DNA of 64,000 nucleotides, taken from the NCBI GenBank assembly GCA_963665125.2, contig CAXXUK010000001.1, forward strand, positions 2,336,001 to 2,400,000. The letters run 5' to 3'. Numbering within the stretch: position 1 is the stretch's first letter; each line of letters starts with the position of its first letter. A program made the translations under genes and the position numbers. The notes under the pieces are model-generated. The model was not told the origin of the DNA, made no database searches, and saw only the letters and a list, made by a program, of their open reading frames with translations. Positions 19,706 through 29,461 of the stretch are shown here, piece after piece. Origin of the DNA: an uncultured Desulfarculus sp. GTDB taxonomy: Bacteria > Desulfobacterota > Desulfarculia > Desulfarculales > Desulfarculaceae.

Positions 19706-20731
19706 CTACTCCAGGCCGAACCTGTCCCGCAAGCGGGCCGAAAGATTCCTTACCACACCAAAGGCCTTTTCCACGGTCTTTTCGCCGTCCGGGTTGACCA
19801 GGCAGCAGGTGGCCGGGGAGATAAGGCTGCGGGCCAACATGTGCTCCCGGTCTATTCCCTTGGCCCATAGCCGCTCCCAGACCTGCACCAGCATGTCCTC
19901 AAGGTCGTTGGCGCTGTTGTCCAGAAACGGCTCGAAATTGGTGGGCACTATGCCCCAGCTGAGTACGCCGCCTTTGTCCAGGAACCGCTGCACGCTCTTG
20001 GCGTAGGAGCCGAATATCTCGCCGTTGCTGAAGGCATCCAGCGAGAGGATGTCCATGTCCAGGCCCAGCAGAAAATCCCAGTCCGGATTGCCGCACAGAT
20101 GCACGCCCCGGGGCCGTTCGATGAGCGAAAAGAACATTTCCATGTCGCCCTTGGCCGCAGTGTCGCTGTAGCCGCTCAGGGCGCTGAACAAAAATTGCAG
20201 GCCCGGTTCGTCCACGTACATGAAGGCGTTGGGGTTCATGGCCCTTAGCCGCTTGAGCTGCACATTGACCCGGCGGGCCATGATCTCGAACATCAGGGGC
20301 CGGACCATGTCGTCAAACAGGATGGGCCTGTCGTTTTCGTCTTTTACATTGAAACCGAAGCTAACGGGCCCTTCCAACTGCCCCCGGATGGCCGGGCGCG
20401 CCGAGAGATCCATATCCAGGAACTTGTGATAGACAACTGAATATTGAGGCGAGATGTCAAAGTAATCCGGCTCGTCCAGGTGGGCCAAAACAGCCTCGTA
20501 TTCTTCCATGAATTTGGCATGGTCAAAGCCAAGATGTTGATTTTCCAGGTCCAGGACGATGCCCGGAAAATGCTCCGAGGCCTGAACATACATGTCTTCA
20601 TAGTAGTTGACCCGCGGTAGTTGAGGCCAAAACGGAATATCCAGGCTCAGGGCCATTTCAAGGGCCCGGTCAACATTGGTATGGGGCATGACGGCCATGG
20701 CCGTGGTCAGCAAATTGCCGGGAATGGGCAT
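19706..20731 (-). CDS. Short MetE-like (core, cobalamin-independent type) methionine synthase family protein
   Basis: PFWPQLP, GQLEGPVSFG, DEP, VHLCG (HxC Zn ligands), WGIVPT, SPATCC. Confidence 0.7.
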   Translation of the reverse strand: MPIPGNLLTTAMAVMPHTNVDRALEMALSLDIPFWPQLPRVNYYEDMYVQASEHFPGIVLDLENQHLGFDHAKFMEEYEAVLAHLDEPDYFDISPQYSVVYHKFLDMDLSARPAIRGQLEGPVSFGFNVKDENDRPILFDDMVRPLMFEIMARRVNVQLKRLRAMNPNAFMYVDEPGLQFLFSALSGYSDTAAKGDMEMFFSLIERPRGVHLCGNPDWDFLLGLDMDILSLDAFSNGEIFGSYAKSVQRFLDKGGVLSWGIVPTNFEPFLDNSANDLEDMLVQVWERLWAKGIDREHMLARSLISPATCCLVNPDGEKTVEKAFGVVRNLSARLRDRFGLE

Positions 20732-20855
20732 ATCCCGATCCTTGTGGCGTTGTTTAAATTGATTTTCATAGTCTAGCGCATATTGGGGGTTGTACGGCGA
20801 ATTTAGGGTGTGCTATTTTCTCCATCAATCGATGGAATACTTTGATGGAGAACCA

Positions 20856-21524
20856 GTGGCCACACCATTGCAAAAAGCACAAAACGACCGTGATTCCATG
20901 AAAGGCCGCATCCTGGAGGCCGCCCGCCGGGTCTTCGGGCTCTACGGTTTTCATGGAGCCACCATGCGGGCCATCTGCCGCGAGGTGGGCATCGACATAT
21001 CCACGCTCTACTATCATTGGGGCGAAAAAGACGATCTTTATCAAGCCGTTATCATAGACGCCACAGACTGCCTGGGCCGCTGGCTGACCGAGGTGGAGTT
21101 GGCAATCAAGGGCAAGCCCCTGGTCCGGCGCATGGACATCGCCATTGACATGATGTGCGGTTTTCTGGCCGACAACCCGGAGATCAGCCGCCTTATTTTG
21201 CAGCGCTACATGAGCGACACCCGCCACCAGATCAGCTTTGACCGCCGGGTGCCGGGCTTCGCGGCGGACATCGCCCGGTCCATGGGCCTCGCCGAGGCCG
21301 ACGGAACGGTGAGCACCAGCACCAAGACCCGCATCCTGGGCATGATGATGAGCATCTACAGCTTCATGTCCGGCGAAAACATGCTGCGCTCCATGTTGAA
21401 CCTGGACCGCGAGGCCTATTTGGCCGAGGCCAGGGACGCCCTCAAATACATGCTCATTCCGGCGTTCTGCGGTTTTCAACCGCCCGTCGCCGGCACGATT
21501 GGGGATCAACGTCATGAGCATTGA
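20856..21524 (+). CDS. TetR/AcrR family transcriptional regulator
   Basis: ILEAARRVF..GFHGATMRAIC..GIDISTLYYHW helix-turn-helix; start codon uncertain. Confidence 0.9.
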   Translation: MATPLQKAQNDRDSMKGRILEAARRVFGLYGFHGATMRAICREVGIDISTLYYHWGEKDDLYQAVIIDATDCLGRWLTEVELAIKGKPLVRRMDIAIDMMCGFLADNPEISRLILQRYMSDTRHQISFDRRVPGFAADIARSMGLAEADGTVSTSTKTRILGMMMSIYSFMSGENMLRSMLNLDREAYLAEARDALKYMLIPAFCGFQPPVAGTIGDQRHEH

Positions 21525-22623
21525 CATTTCGCCGTTCCGGCAGGCCGCCCAAGAGGCCAGAGCCGCCTTGGCCACCGAGGATTCAGCGCCCGCCCTGGGC
21601 TATTTCTGCACTTACGCGCCCGTGGAGCTTATCCACGCCGCCGGCTACCGGCCCGTGCGGCTCATGGGCGGCAGCGGCTCCATCTCCCGGGCCGACGCCC
21701 TGACCCCGGCCTTTATCTGCCCCTATCTGCGCCTGGCCGCGGACAAGGCCCTGGCCGGGGAGTTCAAGGGACTGCGCGGCCTGATGCAGGGCTACACCTG
21801 CGATGTATCCTGCGGCGTGATGAACATTTGGGAGCAAAACTTCCCCTGCCAGGTGCACCACACCATCCCCCTGCCCTATGGCAAGGGCCCCGGCGCCCGG
21901 GACTTTCTGCTCAAGGCCCTGGCCGAGGCCGCCGAAAAATTGGCCGCCGCAGGCCACCCGGTGACCGGCGAAGCCCTCGCCAATAGCATGGACCTCTACA
22001 CCGCACTGCGCGGCAGGGTGCTGGAGCTTTACGAACTGCGCCAAAACGGGCTGTTGCCCCTGGGCGCGGCGGAGCTTCTGGAAGTGGTCAACGCCGGATT
22101 CATTGTCGAGCCGGCGCAGTACCGGACCCTGCTGCGGGCCCTGTTGGGCTCGATCCAAGAGGCACTGCCCGCCGGACAACCATCCGGTGTGCCGCTCGTC
22201 GTCTCGGGTAGCATAATCGAAGACCCGGCCATCCTGGAGGCCGTGGAAAACGCCGGGGCCAGGATCGTCAGCGATGACCTGTGCACCGGCCTGCGGCCCA
22301 TGCTGCCGCCCGACGGCCGGGGCGACGATCCCTGGCAGCGCCTGGCCGACAGGCTCCTGCAACGCAGCCCCTGCCCGGCCCGGGCCAGGGCCGAAGACCG
22401 GCTGGAGTTCATCGGCGCCCTGGCCCGCAACAACAAGGCCAGGGGCGTCGTCTTCCTGCTGCAAAAATTCTGCACGCCGCATTTGGCCGACCTGCCGGAC
22501 CTGCGCCGGGGCCTCGGCGAGGCGGGTCTGCCCAGCGTGGTCTTCGAGCTTGAGGAAACCGGGGCCAACACCGGCCAATTGATCACCAGGGTGGAAGCCC
22601 TGCTGGAAATCCTGGGGGATTAA
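21514..22623 (+). CDS. 2-hydroxyacyl-CoA dehydratase family subunit (HgdB/BcrC-like)
   Basis: CTYAPVELIHAAG, FICPY, TCD, DDLCTG, KFCTPH, TRVEALLE. Confidence 0.88.
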   Translation: MSIDISPFRQAAQEARAALATEDSAPALGYFCTYAPVELIHAAGYRPVRLMGGSGSISRADALTPAFICPYLRLAADKALAGEFKGLRGLMQGYTCDVSCGVMNIWEQNFPCQVHHTIPLPYGKGPGARDFLLKALAEAAEKLAAAGHPVTGEALANSMDLYTALRGRVLELYELRQNGLLPLGAAELLEVVNAGFIVEPAQYRTLLRALLGSIQEALPAGQPSGVPLVVSGSIIEDPAILEAVENAGARIVSDDLCTGLRPMLPPDGRGDDPWQRLADRLLQRSPCPARARAEDRLEFIGALARNNKARGVVFLLQKFCTPHLADLPDLRRGLGEAGLPSVVFELEETGANTGQLITRVEALLEILGD

Positions 22624-22624
22624 G

Positions 22625-23869
22625 ATGAGCGGTCCGCGCAAATCCACCAAACGCCTGAAGTCGGCCAAGGAACTAAACCGCGTGGTGGCCGAATTTTACC
22701 TGGAATGCAACAGGGCCAAGGAAGAAGGCCGTCTGGTGGGCTGGATGCCGCCCATGAACGGGGCCATCGAGCTGTTCTACGCCATGGGTCTGCAACCGGT
22801 GTTTCCGGAGAACTGGTCGCCGGTGTGCGCGGCCTTCGGCCTGACGCCGGGCAATTTCGACATCGCCCACGGCCTGGGTTATTCCAGGGACCTGTGCGGC
22901 TATCTGCGCAACATCCTGGGCTATGTGCACGGCGACATGCACGGCGAGCAGGTGCCATTGGGCGGCCTGCCCGAGCCGGACATCATCCTCACGCCCGGCG
23001 GCGGCTGCGTGCCGGTGATGAAGATATTCCACGCCCTGGAGCGGCGCTTCCCCAAGGCCGCCGTGTTCCGGGCCGATCTGCCCCAGGTGGCCGTGGAGGA
23101 CATCCAGCAACACCACATCGACTATGCCGTGGGCCAGATCAAGGCCCTGGCCGCCTTTTTGGAGGACCAGAGCGGCAGCAAACTGGACATGGACCGCCTG
23201 GCCGAGGTGGTGGCCCTGTCGGACCAGGCCTGCCAACTCTGGGACGAAATCATGGCCTGCCGTTCGGCCGTGCCCACGCCGTTTTCCGCAGCCGAGATCG
23301 GCATCATGTTCGTCATGGTCACCCGCCAGGGCACCCGGGAAGCGGTGGATTTTCTGACCATGTGCCGGGATGAAGTGGCCCAGCGGGCCGCCGAGGGCGT
23401 CGGCGTCATTGAAAACGAGAAGGTGCGCCTGTTCTGGGACAACATCCCCCTTTGGTACAACATGGGCCTGTTCAATTACTTTGAAAAGGCCGGCGGCGTG
23501 GTGGTGGCCGAGACGTACAGCGCGGCCTGGAGCCTGCGCCTGGACCCGGACAAGCCCCTGGAATCCCTGGCCCTCAAGAGTTTGCAGAGCTATCCCCTGG
23601 TGTCGTGCGTATCCATCAAAAAACGCATAGACATGGTCCTCAAGGCCTGCCGCGAGTACCATATCGACGGGGCCATTCTTCACCGCAACAAGTCCTGCGT
23701 GCCCATCACCCTGGGCCAGATGGACATCAAACGCGCCCTGGAGCAAGAGTTGGGCGTGCCCAGCCTGATCATCGACGCCGACCACATGGACGCCGAGAAC
23801 TTCTCCGAGGCCCAGTTCCAGACCAGGGCCGACGCATTCATGGAAATGCTATTGGAGCGAAAGGCCTGA
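22625..23869 (+). CDS. 2-hydroxyacyl-CoA dehydratase family subunit (HgdA/BcrB-like)
   Basis: PENW, GYSRDLCGY, GLPEPD, KSC, DADHMD, TRADAFME. Confidence 0.88.
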   Translation: MSGPRKSTKRLKSAKELNRVVAEFYLECNRAKEEGRLVGWMPPMNGAIELFYAMGLQPVFPENWSPVCAAFGLTPGNFDIAHGLGYSRDLCGYLRNILGYVHGDMHGEQVPLGGLPEPDIILTPGGGCVPVMKIFHALERRFPKAAVFRADLPQVAVEDIQQHHIDYAVGQIKALAAFLEDQSGSKLDMDRLAEVVALSDQACQLWDEIMACRSAVPTPFSAAEIGIMFVMVTRQGTREAVDFLTMCRDEVAQRAAEGVGVIENEKVRLFWDNIPLWYNMGLFNYFEKAGGVVVAETYSAAWSLRLDPDKPLESLALKSLQSYPLVSCVSIKKRIDMVLKACREYHIDGAILHRNKSCVPITLGQMDIKRALEQELGVPSLIIDADHMDAENFSEAQFQTRADAFMEMLLERKA

Positions 23870-23896
23870 AACATTTGCCCTAACAAGGAGTGACCA

Positions 23897-25690
23897 GTGG
23901 CTTTTGGAACCATCCTGGAGGCGCTGGCCGCCAACGCGAAGAATACACCCCAACGCACCATCATCAGGCATATAGCCACCAGCGGCGGTCAGTACCAAGA
24001 CGTTAACTGGGCCGAGTTGTACGAGGCCATCCAAAACCTGGCCGCGGCCCTGGTGGACCAGGGACTGGAGCCAGGCGACAGGGTGGCGATTCTGTCATAC
24101 AACCGCCTGGAATGGATCATCACCGACATGGCCGTTATGCTGGCCGGCGGCGTTTCCGTGGCCCTGTACCACACCAACACGGCCGAGCAGTGCGCCTATA
24201 TCCTGGCCGACAGCGGGGCCCGCTTTGTCTTCGTGGAAGACGAAGAGCAGGTGGCCAAGGTCCTGGAGCACTGGGACGGCCTGGCCGATTTAAAGGCCGC
24301 CGTGCTCTACCAGGGCCAGCATCCCGCCTCCGAAAGGACGATTTTCGGGTTCAAAGCCCTGATGGATATGGGCGCAAAGGCCAGGCCCGCCCAGGCACCG
24401 GAGTTGGACCGGCTCTTGGCCCTGATCGACCGGGACACCCTGGCCACCCTGGTTTACACCAGCGGCACCACCGGCCCGCCCAAGGGCTGCATGATCAGCC
24501 ACGCCAATTTGTGCGGCGTGCTGGAGGCCATCGACGATTTTCTACAGGTGGACCCCGAGGCCGAGCAGTCGCTTCTGATCCTGCCGGTGAGCCATCTCTA
24601 CCCCAGGGTCACCGGGTATTACTACAACCTGTACAAGAACATCCCCCTGGCCCTGGCCCAGAGCATCGACAGCGCCGCCGAAAACATGAAGCAGATCCGG
24701 CCCACCTATTTCGCCTGCGTGCCCAGGGTCTTTGAAAAGCTCTACGACCGCATCAACGGCCAGATCGACCAGGGCCCGGCCCTTAAAAAATCCCTGCTCA
24801 ACTGGGCCTCGGGAGTGGGCCGCAGGCGCAGCGCCCTGATCCTGGATCACAAACCAGTGCCAGCGTTGTTGGGCCTGCAACACAAGATCGCCGATGCGTT
24901 GGTCTTTAAAAAGATCCGGGACCAGCTCGGCGGACGGCTGCGCTTCGCCGTATCGGCCGGGGCGCCGCTCTCGGCCGAGATCGGCCTGTTCATCCACGCC
25001 ATTGGCGTGCATGTGCTGGAATATTACGGCCTCACCGAATGCGTGGGCGGCACGGTTACGACCTTCGAGCACACCCGCTACGGCACGGTGGGCAGGCCCA
25101 TGCGCGGCGTGGAGCTGAAGATCGCCGACGACGGCGAAATCCTGCTGCGGGGCAACGTGTTCATGGGCTACTGGAACATGCCCGAAAAGACCGCCGAGTT
25201 GATAATGGACGGCTGGTGTCACACCGGCGATGTGGGACGCATCGACGATGACGGCTATCTGGTGATCACCGACCGCAAGAAAGACCTGATCATCACCGCC
25301 GGGGGCAAGAACATCTCCCCGCAAAACCTGGAGAACCTGCTCAAGCGCATCCCTCTGGTCAGCGTGGCCATGGTCCACGGCGACAGGCGCAAGTACCTCA
25401 CGGCCCTGTTGAGCCTGGACCAGGCCGAAACCCTAGCCTGGGCCGCGGCCCAGGGCTTGGCCACGGACGACTTCAGCCGCATCAGCCAGAGCCCCGAGGT
25501 GCGGCGGATGATCCAGGACCAGATGGACGCCATCAACGCCAATCTGGCCAGGTTCGAGACCATCAAGAAATTCGCCGTGCTGGACCGGGAGCTGTCCCAG
25601 GAAGAGGGCGAAATAACCGCCACCCTCAAGGTCAAACGCCGGATTATCGAGCAAAAATTCAAGGATATGCTGGATTCGCTCTATGAATAG
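23897..25690 (+). CDS. Long-chain fatty acid--CoA ligase
   Basis: YTSGTTGPPKG, YGLTE, HTGD, DRKKDLIITAGGKNI, TLKVKR. Confidence 0.93.
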   Translation: MAFGTILEALAANAKNTPQRTIIRHIATSGGQYQDVNWAELYEAIQNLAAALVDQGLEPGDRVAILSYNRLEWIITDMAVMLAGGVSVALYHTNTAEQCAYILADSGARFVFVEDEEQVAKVLEHWDGLADLKAAVLYQGQHPASERTIFGFKALMDMGAKARPAQAPELDRLLALIDRDTLATLVYTSGTTGPPKGCMISHANLCGVLEAIDDFLQVDPEAEQSLLILPVSHLYPRVTGYYYNLYKNIPLALAQSIDSAAENMKQIRPTYFACVPRVFEKLYDRINGQIDQGPALKKSLLNWASGVGRRRSALILDHKPVPALLGLQHKIADALVFKKIRDQLGGRLRFAVSAGAPLSAEIGLFIHAIGVHVLEYYGLTECVGGTVTTFEHTRYGTVGRPMRGVELKIADDGEILLRGNVFMGYWNMPEKTAELIMDGWCHTGDVGRIDDDGYLVITDRKKDLIITAGGKNISPQNLENLLKRIPLVSVAMVHGDRRKYLTALLSLDQAETLAWAAAQGLATDDFSRISQSPEVRRMIQDQMDAINANLARFETIKKFAVLDRELSQEEGEITATLKVKRRIIEQKFKDMLDSLYE

Positions 25691-25691
25691 C

Positions 25692-26567
25692 TTATAGGTT
25701 GATCCCGGCTTCGACGGCGGCGTCGGAGGCATAGTTAAGATACAGGCCGGCCCAGGCGTCCACCTCGGCCAGGCCCCTGGGCAGGCAGCGCACCTCCAGG
25801 CCCAGGCTCATCAATGCCCCGGCCCAGGCCTCCGCCCCTCCGCCGCAGATGTCGTCCAGGGCGTGCCCTCCTGCCACCAATAACAGCGGCAGGACCACGG
25901 CCCTGACCGCGCCGGACCGGCTTAGACCCCGGCGCACGTATTCCAGGCCGAACACGCCGTCCATGGTGCCCACGAAGATGGGCTGCTCCGGGTAGACGCG
26001 CCTCAGGACCTCCTGAAACTCCTGATACACCCCGGTGCTCAGGCGGCGGTTGCCGTGGCCAACATAGACCAGGGACTCGCCGTTTTGCCGGGCCTCGTCA
26101 GCGTCGGCGGCCAGGGCCAGGGCGGCCTTTTCCAGGTCGTCCATGTAGGGATGGACCGGGCCGGGCATGCCCAGGGCCGGGCGGCCCAGGGCCAGTTTTT
26201 TGAAAGGTTTTTGGGCCGGGTCAACGGTGCGCAACGTCTCCAGGGCCCGAACAATGTCGGCCAGGTTGAAAAACTCGGCCCCGGCAAAGATATGCAGCGG
26301 CTGGACCACGATTTCCTCGAAGCCGTCTTCCTGGAGGTCGGCCAGGCTGGCCAAGGCGCCGCGGTATTTCAGGGCCACGACGGCCCGGCCGTCGGCGGCG
26401 CGTTTTTTCAGCAGACTGCGCACCACGGGCGAGGTGAACGACACGCGCACCTCGGCATTGGGAAACCTCTGCCGGGCCAGACGCATGATATTATCAATGC
26501 CGCCCAGGGCCTGCGGTCTGCCGGCGCCGTGGGCGGCGAGAAGCAACGCGGTTTTTTGCTGGTCCAT
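25692..26567 (-). CDS. cbiK: Sirohydrochlorin cobaltochelatase family protein, no signal peptide
   Basis: SFTS, QPLHIFAGAEF, LGRPALG, YVGHG, AGGHA. Confidence 0.8.
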   Translation of the reverse strand: MDQQKTALLLAAHGAGRPQALGGIDNIMRLARQRFPNAEVRVSFTSPVVRSLLKKRAADGRAVVALKYRGALASLADLQEDGFEEIVVQPLHIFAGAEFFNLADIVRALETLRTVDPAQKPFKKLALGRPALGMPGPVHPYMDDLEKAALALAADADEARQNGESLVYVGHGNRRLSTGVYQEFQEVLRRVYPEQPIFVGTMDGVFGLEYVRRGLSRSGAVRAVVLPLLLVAGGHALDDICGGGAEAWAGALMSLGLEVRCLPRGLAEVDAWAGLYLNYASDAAVEAGINL

Positions 26568-26577
26568 GGCTGGGGCG

Positions 26578-27219
26578 CTAATCCTCCACCTTGTAACCCG
26601 CGGTTGCGAAATCGGCCCGCAGGTCTTCGAGATATTCCGTCTTGGCCCGGATATAGAGCCGGTGTCCCTTGCTGGCCCGGTGTGGCAGGCTGAATATGGC
26701 CGTGACCGGCACGCCGCGCTTTTCCACGATCCTGGCGATGTCGCTCATGGCGCCCGGATGGCTTTGAATGTCCACCCCGTCCAGGACCACGTGGGAGTCT
26801 CCCGGGGCACCGCCCATGACATGCAGCGTGGCACTGAAAATTTCCGTTTCAGTGGCAATGCCGATCAACTTGCCCTTTTCCACCACCGGAAAGGCCCCGA
26901 TGCCCTCTTTCTGGCCTATTCTTATCACATCCATCACGTAATCATCCGGAGAAACCGTCACTGGGTCTTTTTTCATGACTTCGCCGACCTTCAGGCGCGA
27001 AAGCATGTAGTTGCGTTCCTGTTTGCTCAGGGACGTGGCCTCCGAAGGCAGAACCTCCAGGATGCGGTGCAGCGTAATCATGCCCACCAGGCGGTTTTTC
27101 TTATCCACCACCGGCAGGCGGCGGATGCGGTTTTCGTCCATTAGTTTGCGCGCCTGCATCAACAGGGTCTCGGGCGTAACGGTGATGGGATCGGGCGTCA
27201 TCCAGTTCCTGACCTTCAT
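26578..27219 (-). CDS. CBS-domain protein (AcuB-like, probable C-terminal ACT domain)
   Basis: MKVRNWMTPDPITV..IRRLPVVD, SEATSLS, second CBS repeat. Confidence 0.85.
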   Translation of the reverse strand: MKVRNWMTPDPITVTPETLLMQARKLMDENRIRRLPVVDKKNRLVGMITLHRILEVLPSEATSLSKQERNYMLSRLKVGEVMKKDPVTVSPDDYVMDVIRIGQKEGIGAFPVVEKGKLIGIATETEIFSATLHVMGGAPGDSHVVLDGVDIQSHPGAMSDIARIVEKRGVPVTAIFSLPHRASKGHRLYIRAKTEYLEDLRADFATAGYKVED

Positions 27220-27424
27220 ATCGCTTTGCCTCCCGCACCCGGCCCTTGGCGGCGGCCGGTCTTTAGATGATAGCCGGGCTTGCGCCCCAAATGAAATCAC
27301 TACTCACGCACCCTTATTTAATTTTGTACCTGTTTTTACCCCCCGCATGCAATAGCCGCGAACCTTGCGCAAATCTTTACGGGGGCCTAGAATTTGCGTA
27401 CCGGCAACATATCAGGAGGCGAAA

Positions 27425-28252
27425 GTGTCACGAATCGGATTGGCCTTGGGGGGCGGGGGAGCAAAGGGACTGGCCCACGTCCTTATGCTGGAGGCCCTGG
27501 AAGAATTGGGACTGGAGCCTTACCGCATAGTCGGAACCAGCATCGGCGCGGTTTTCGGCGCTGCCTGCGCCTCCGGTGTCGGAGCCCAGTTCATCCGCCA
27601 AAGGGCCGACGAACTGCTTGCCGTGGAGGGCATCAAGCTGCGGGAGCTTTTATTCAAGCGCGACACCCGCAAGGTGTTGGAATTTTTCGAGCCCGCGTTC
27701 AGAAACAAGGGCGGCGTGCTGCGCGGCGAAAACTTCATGGCCTATCTCATTGAAAACATGGAAACCGACACTTTCGAGCAATTGCGCATACCCCTCAAGG
27801 TAGTGGCCACCGACTTTTGGGAGCGCAAGGAGGTGGTGTTCGACAAGGGGGATCTACGTTCGGCCATCCGGGCCAGCCTGGCCATACCCTGGTTGCTGAC
27901 GCCTGTGCGCCAGGGTGAGACCGTGCTGGTCGACGGCAGCGCGGTAAACCCCCTGCCCTACGATCTGATCCAGGACGAATGCGACATCACCATCGCCGTC
28001 GACGTCATGGGCTCGCGCAAACAGGCCGCCAAATACAAGCCCTCCATGCTGGACTATGTCTTCAACACCTACCAGATCATGCAAAAGACCATCATGGCCG
28101 AAAAAATAAAAAATCGGCCACCGGACATCCATATCGAGGTGGACATCGCCGGGGTAAAGGTAATGGAATTTTACAAGGCCGGGGACGTCTACCGTCAGGC
28201 CCAGCCCTTCAAGGACGAGTTAAAGCGCAAACTGGAAGCCAAGCTGGGCTGA
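27425..28252 (+). CDS. Patatin-like phospholipase
   Basis: LGGGGAKGLAH, GTSIG, DGS motifs; GTG start with AGGAGG. Confidence 0.9.
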   Translation: MSRIGLALGGGGAKGLAHVLMLEALEELGLEPYRIVGTSIGAVFGAACASGVGAQFIRQRADELLAVEGIKLRELLFKRDTRKVLEFFEPAFRNKGGVLRGENFMAYLIENMETDTFEQLRIPLKVVATDFWERKEVVFDKGDLRSAIRASLAIPWLLTPVRQGETVLVDGSAVNPLPYDLIQDECDITIAVDVMGSRKQAAKYKPSMLDYVFNTYQIMQKTIMAEKIKNRPPDIHIEVDIAGVKVMEFYKAGDVYRQAQPFKDELKRKLEAKLG

Positions 28253-28263
28253 GGGCCGTTTCA

Positions 28264-28692
28264 ATGATCAGGCAACATCAACCGGCGGACTTGGACGCCA
28301 TTATCGATATCTGGCTGCGGGCTTCAATGAAGGCCCATGACTTCGCGCCGCCAGAATTTTGGCAAAAACATTCCGCTGACATGCGGTCGAAATATATCCC
28401 CGGTTCCGAAACCTGGGTCTACGAGCACGACGGACGGGTGGTTGGATTTTTCTCGCTGGTGGATGAAAACCTGGCCGCGTTGTTTGTCGAACCGGAAATG
28501 CAGGGAACAGGCTTCGGCCCGAAGCTGCTTCAAAAGGCCAAATCCCTGCGCGGCAAACTTGAGTTATGCGTCTACACGCTAAACACGCGGGCCATGAGTT
28601 TTTACTTAAAGCAGGGTTTCAAGGAAGAGGGACGCCGCACGGACACCCACACCGGCGTCCAGGAAAGCATAATGGCCTGGAACCATAACTAG
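28264..28692 (+). CDS. GNAT N-acetyltransferase
   Basis: AHDF, LFVEPEMQGTGFG, N..A..FY.KQGF. Confidence 0.9.
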   Translation: MIRQHQPADLDAIIDIWLRASMKAHDFAPPEFWQKHSADMRSKYIPGSETWVYEHDGRVVGFFSLVDENLAALFVEPEMQGTGFGPKLLQKAKSLRGKLELCVYTLNTRAMSFYLKQGFKEEGRRTDTHTGVQESIMAWNHN

Positions 28693-28711
28693 AACGGCCT
28701 GTTGCTCATCC

Positions 28712-28972
28712 CTAATTTTTATAGGCCTTTACGCTGATGGCCTCATCCCATGTTCCGATGACCTGCACCTTGTAGCCGGACGTTTTACGGGCGTCTATCG
28801 TATATGTGTACTGTTCCGGGTTGCTGTCGCTTTGATAGCAAAACACCATGGCCGGGCCTTTATCCCAGCTGCCCAGGCCCACGGCGTGGGCGATTGTAAC
28901 GGTGAGGGCCAATCCCGCCAACAGACCGCAGCAGACGCCCCAGAAAAATCCCTTTTGGCGCAGTAAAGACAT
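28712..28972 (-). CDS. Hypothetical small exported protein (86 aa)
   Basis: Signal-like N-terminus ending AHA; GGGGAGA upstream. Confidence 0.55.
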   Translation of the reverse strand: MSLLRQKGFFWGVCCGLLAGLALTVTIAHAVGLGSWDKGPAMVFCYQSDSNPEQYTYTIDARKTSGYKVQVIGTWDEAISVKAYKN

Positions 28973-29044
28973 GACATTCTCCCCCTGTCTTTTTCCGGTT
29001 TTCGCCAACGTAACAGACAATGGAGTTTGGCCGCCATTAAATTT

Positions 29045-29353
29045 TTATGACCGCACCACGCAGACCTGGCCCGAGCTTACCCCGCTGACGCTGAGCCAGG
29101 TGAGCTTCCAAAAGCCCCGCAAATGCACCGAGACCGCCGCACCGATCTGCATCAGCCCGATATGAGCCCAGATGGTCACGCCGTCATGTTCATTTGGTAT
29201 GTAGTGTTTTCGGTTCTGCTTGGAAGGTTCGCCATAGGCGGCACGCGCCCCGATGGATTGGCCTCATCCGCCGCCGGATACAGGGTCCAACACCAGGTGG
29301 CCGCCGTTTTCAATGATCTTGGCCAGGGCCTTTGCATTGATGTCAAAATTCAC
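29045..29353 (-). CDS. Probable selenoprotein, HesB-like / CC-Se-motif-like (in-frame TGA at 29266-29264); absent from the ORF track
   Basis: GGAG RBS, GTG start, 102 codons MNFDINAKALAKIIENGGHLVLDPVSGGG-U-GQSIGARAAYGEP..Y..DGVTIW..LRGFWKLTWLSVSG..C..; single TGA, then a hairpin. Confidence 0.75.
29232..29256 (-). promoter_or_regulatory. Putative bacterial SECIS element
   Basis: CCAU-C-GG-GGC[GCGU]GCC-G-CC-U-AUGG stem-loop; G-starting apical loop begins 18 nt after the UGA. Confidence 0.6.
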
Positions 29354-29461
29354 GTCAGGCTCCGATCAATTAAAGAAAAGTTGCTTAAGTATAACCTCGG
29401 TTGCTTGGCCGCGCATGAAATTGGCATTAAAATAGTAATAATTATTAGCCAAGGAGGGGCC

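Noticed and set aside
29422..29437. TGGCATTAAAATAGTA as a sigma54 promoter
   Set aside because: The -12 element is too degenerate to call.
29123..29461. N-terminal extension of the 173-aa ORF 29123-29644
   Set aside because: It is antisense to the UGA-containing ORF; the strong RBS supports a start at 29462.
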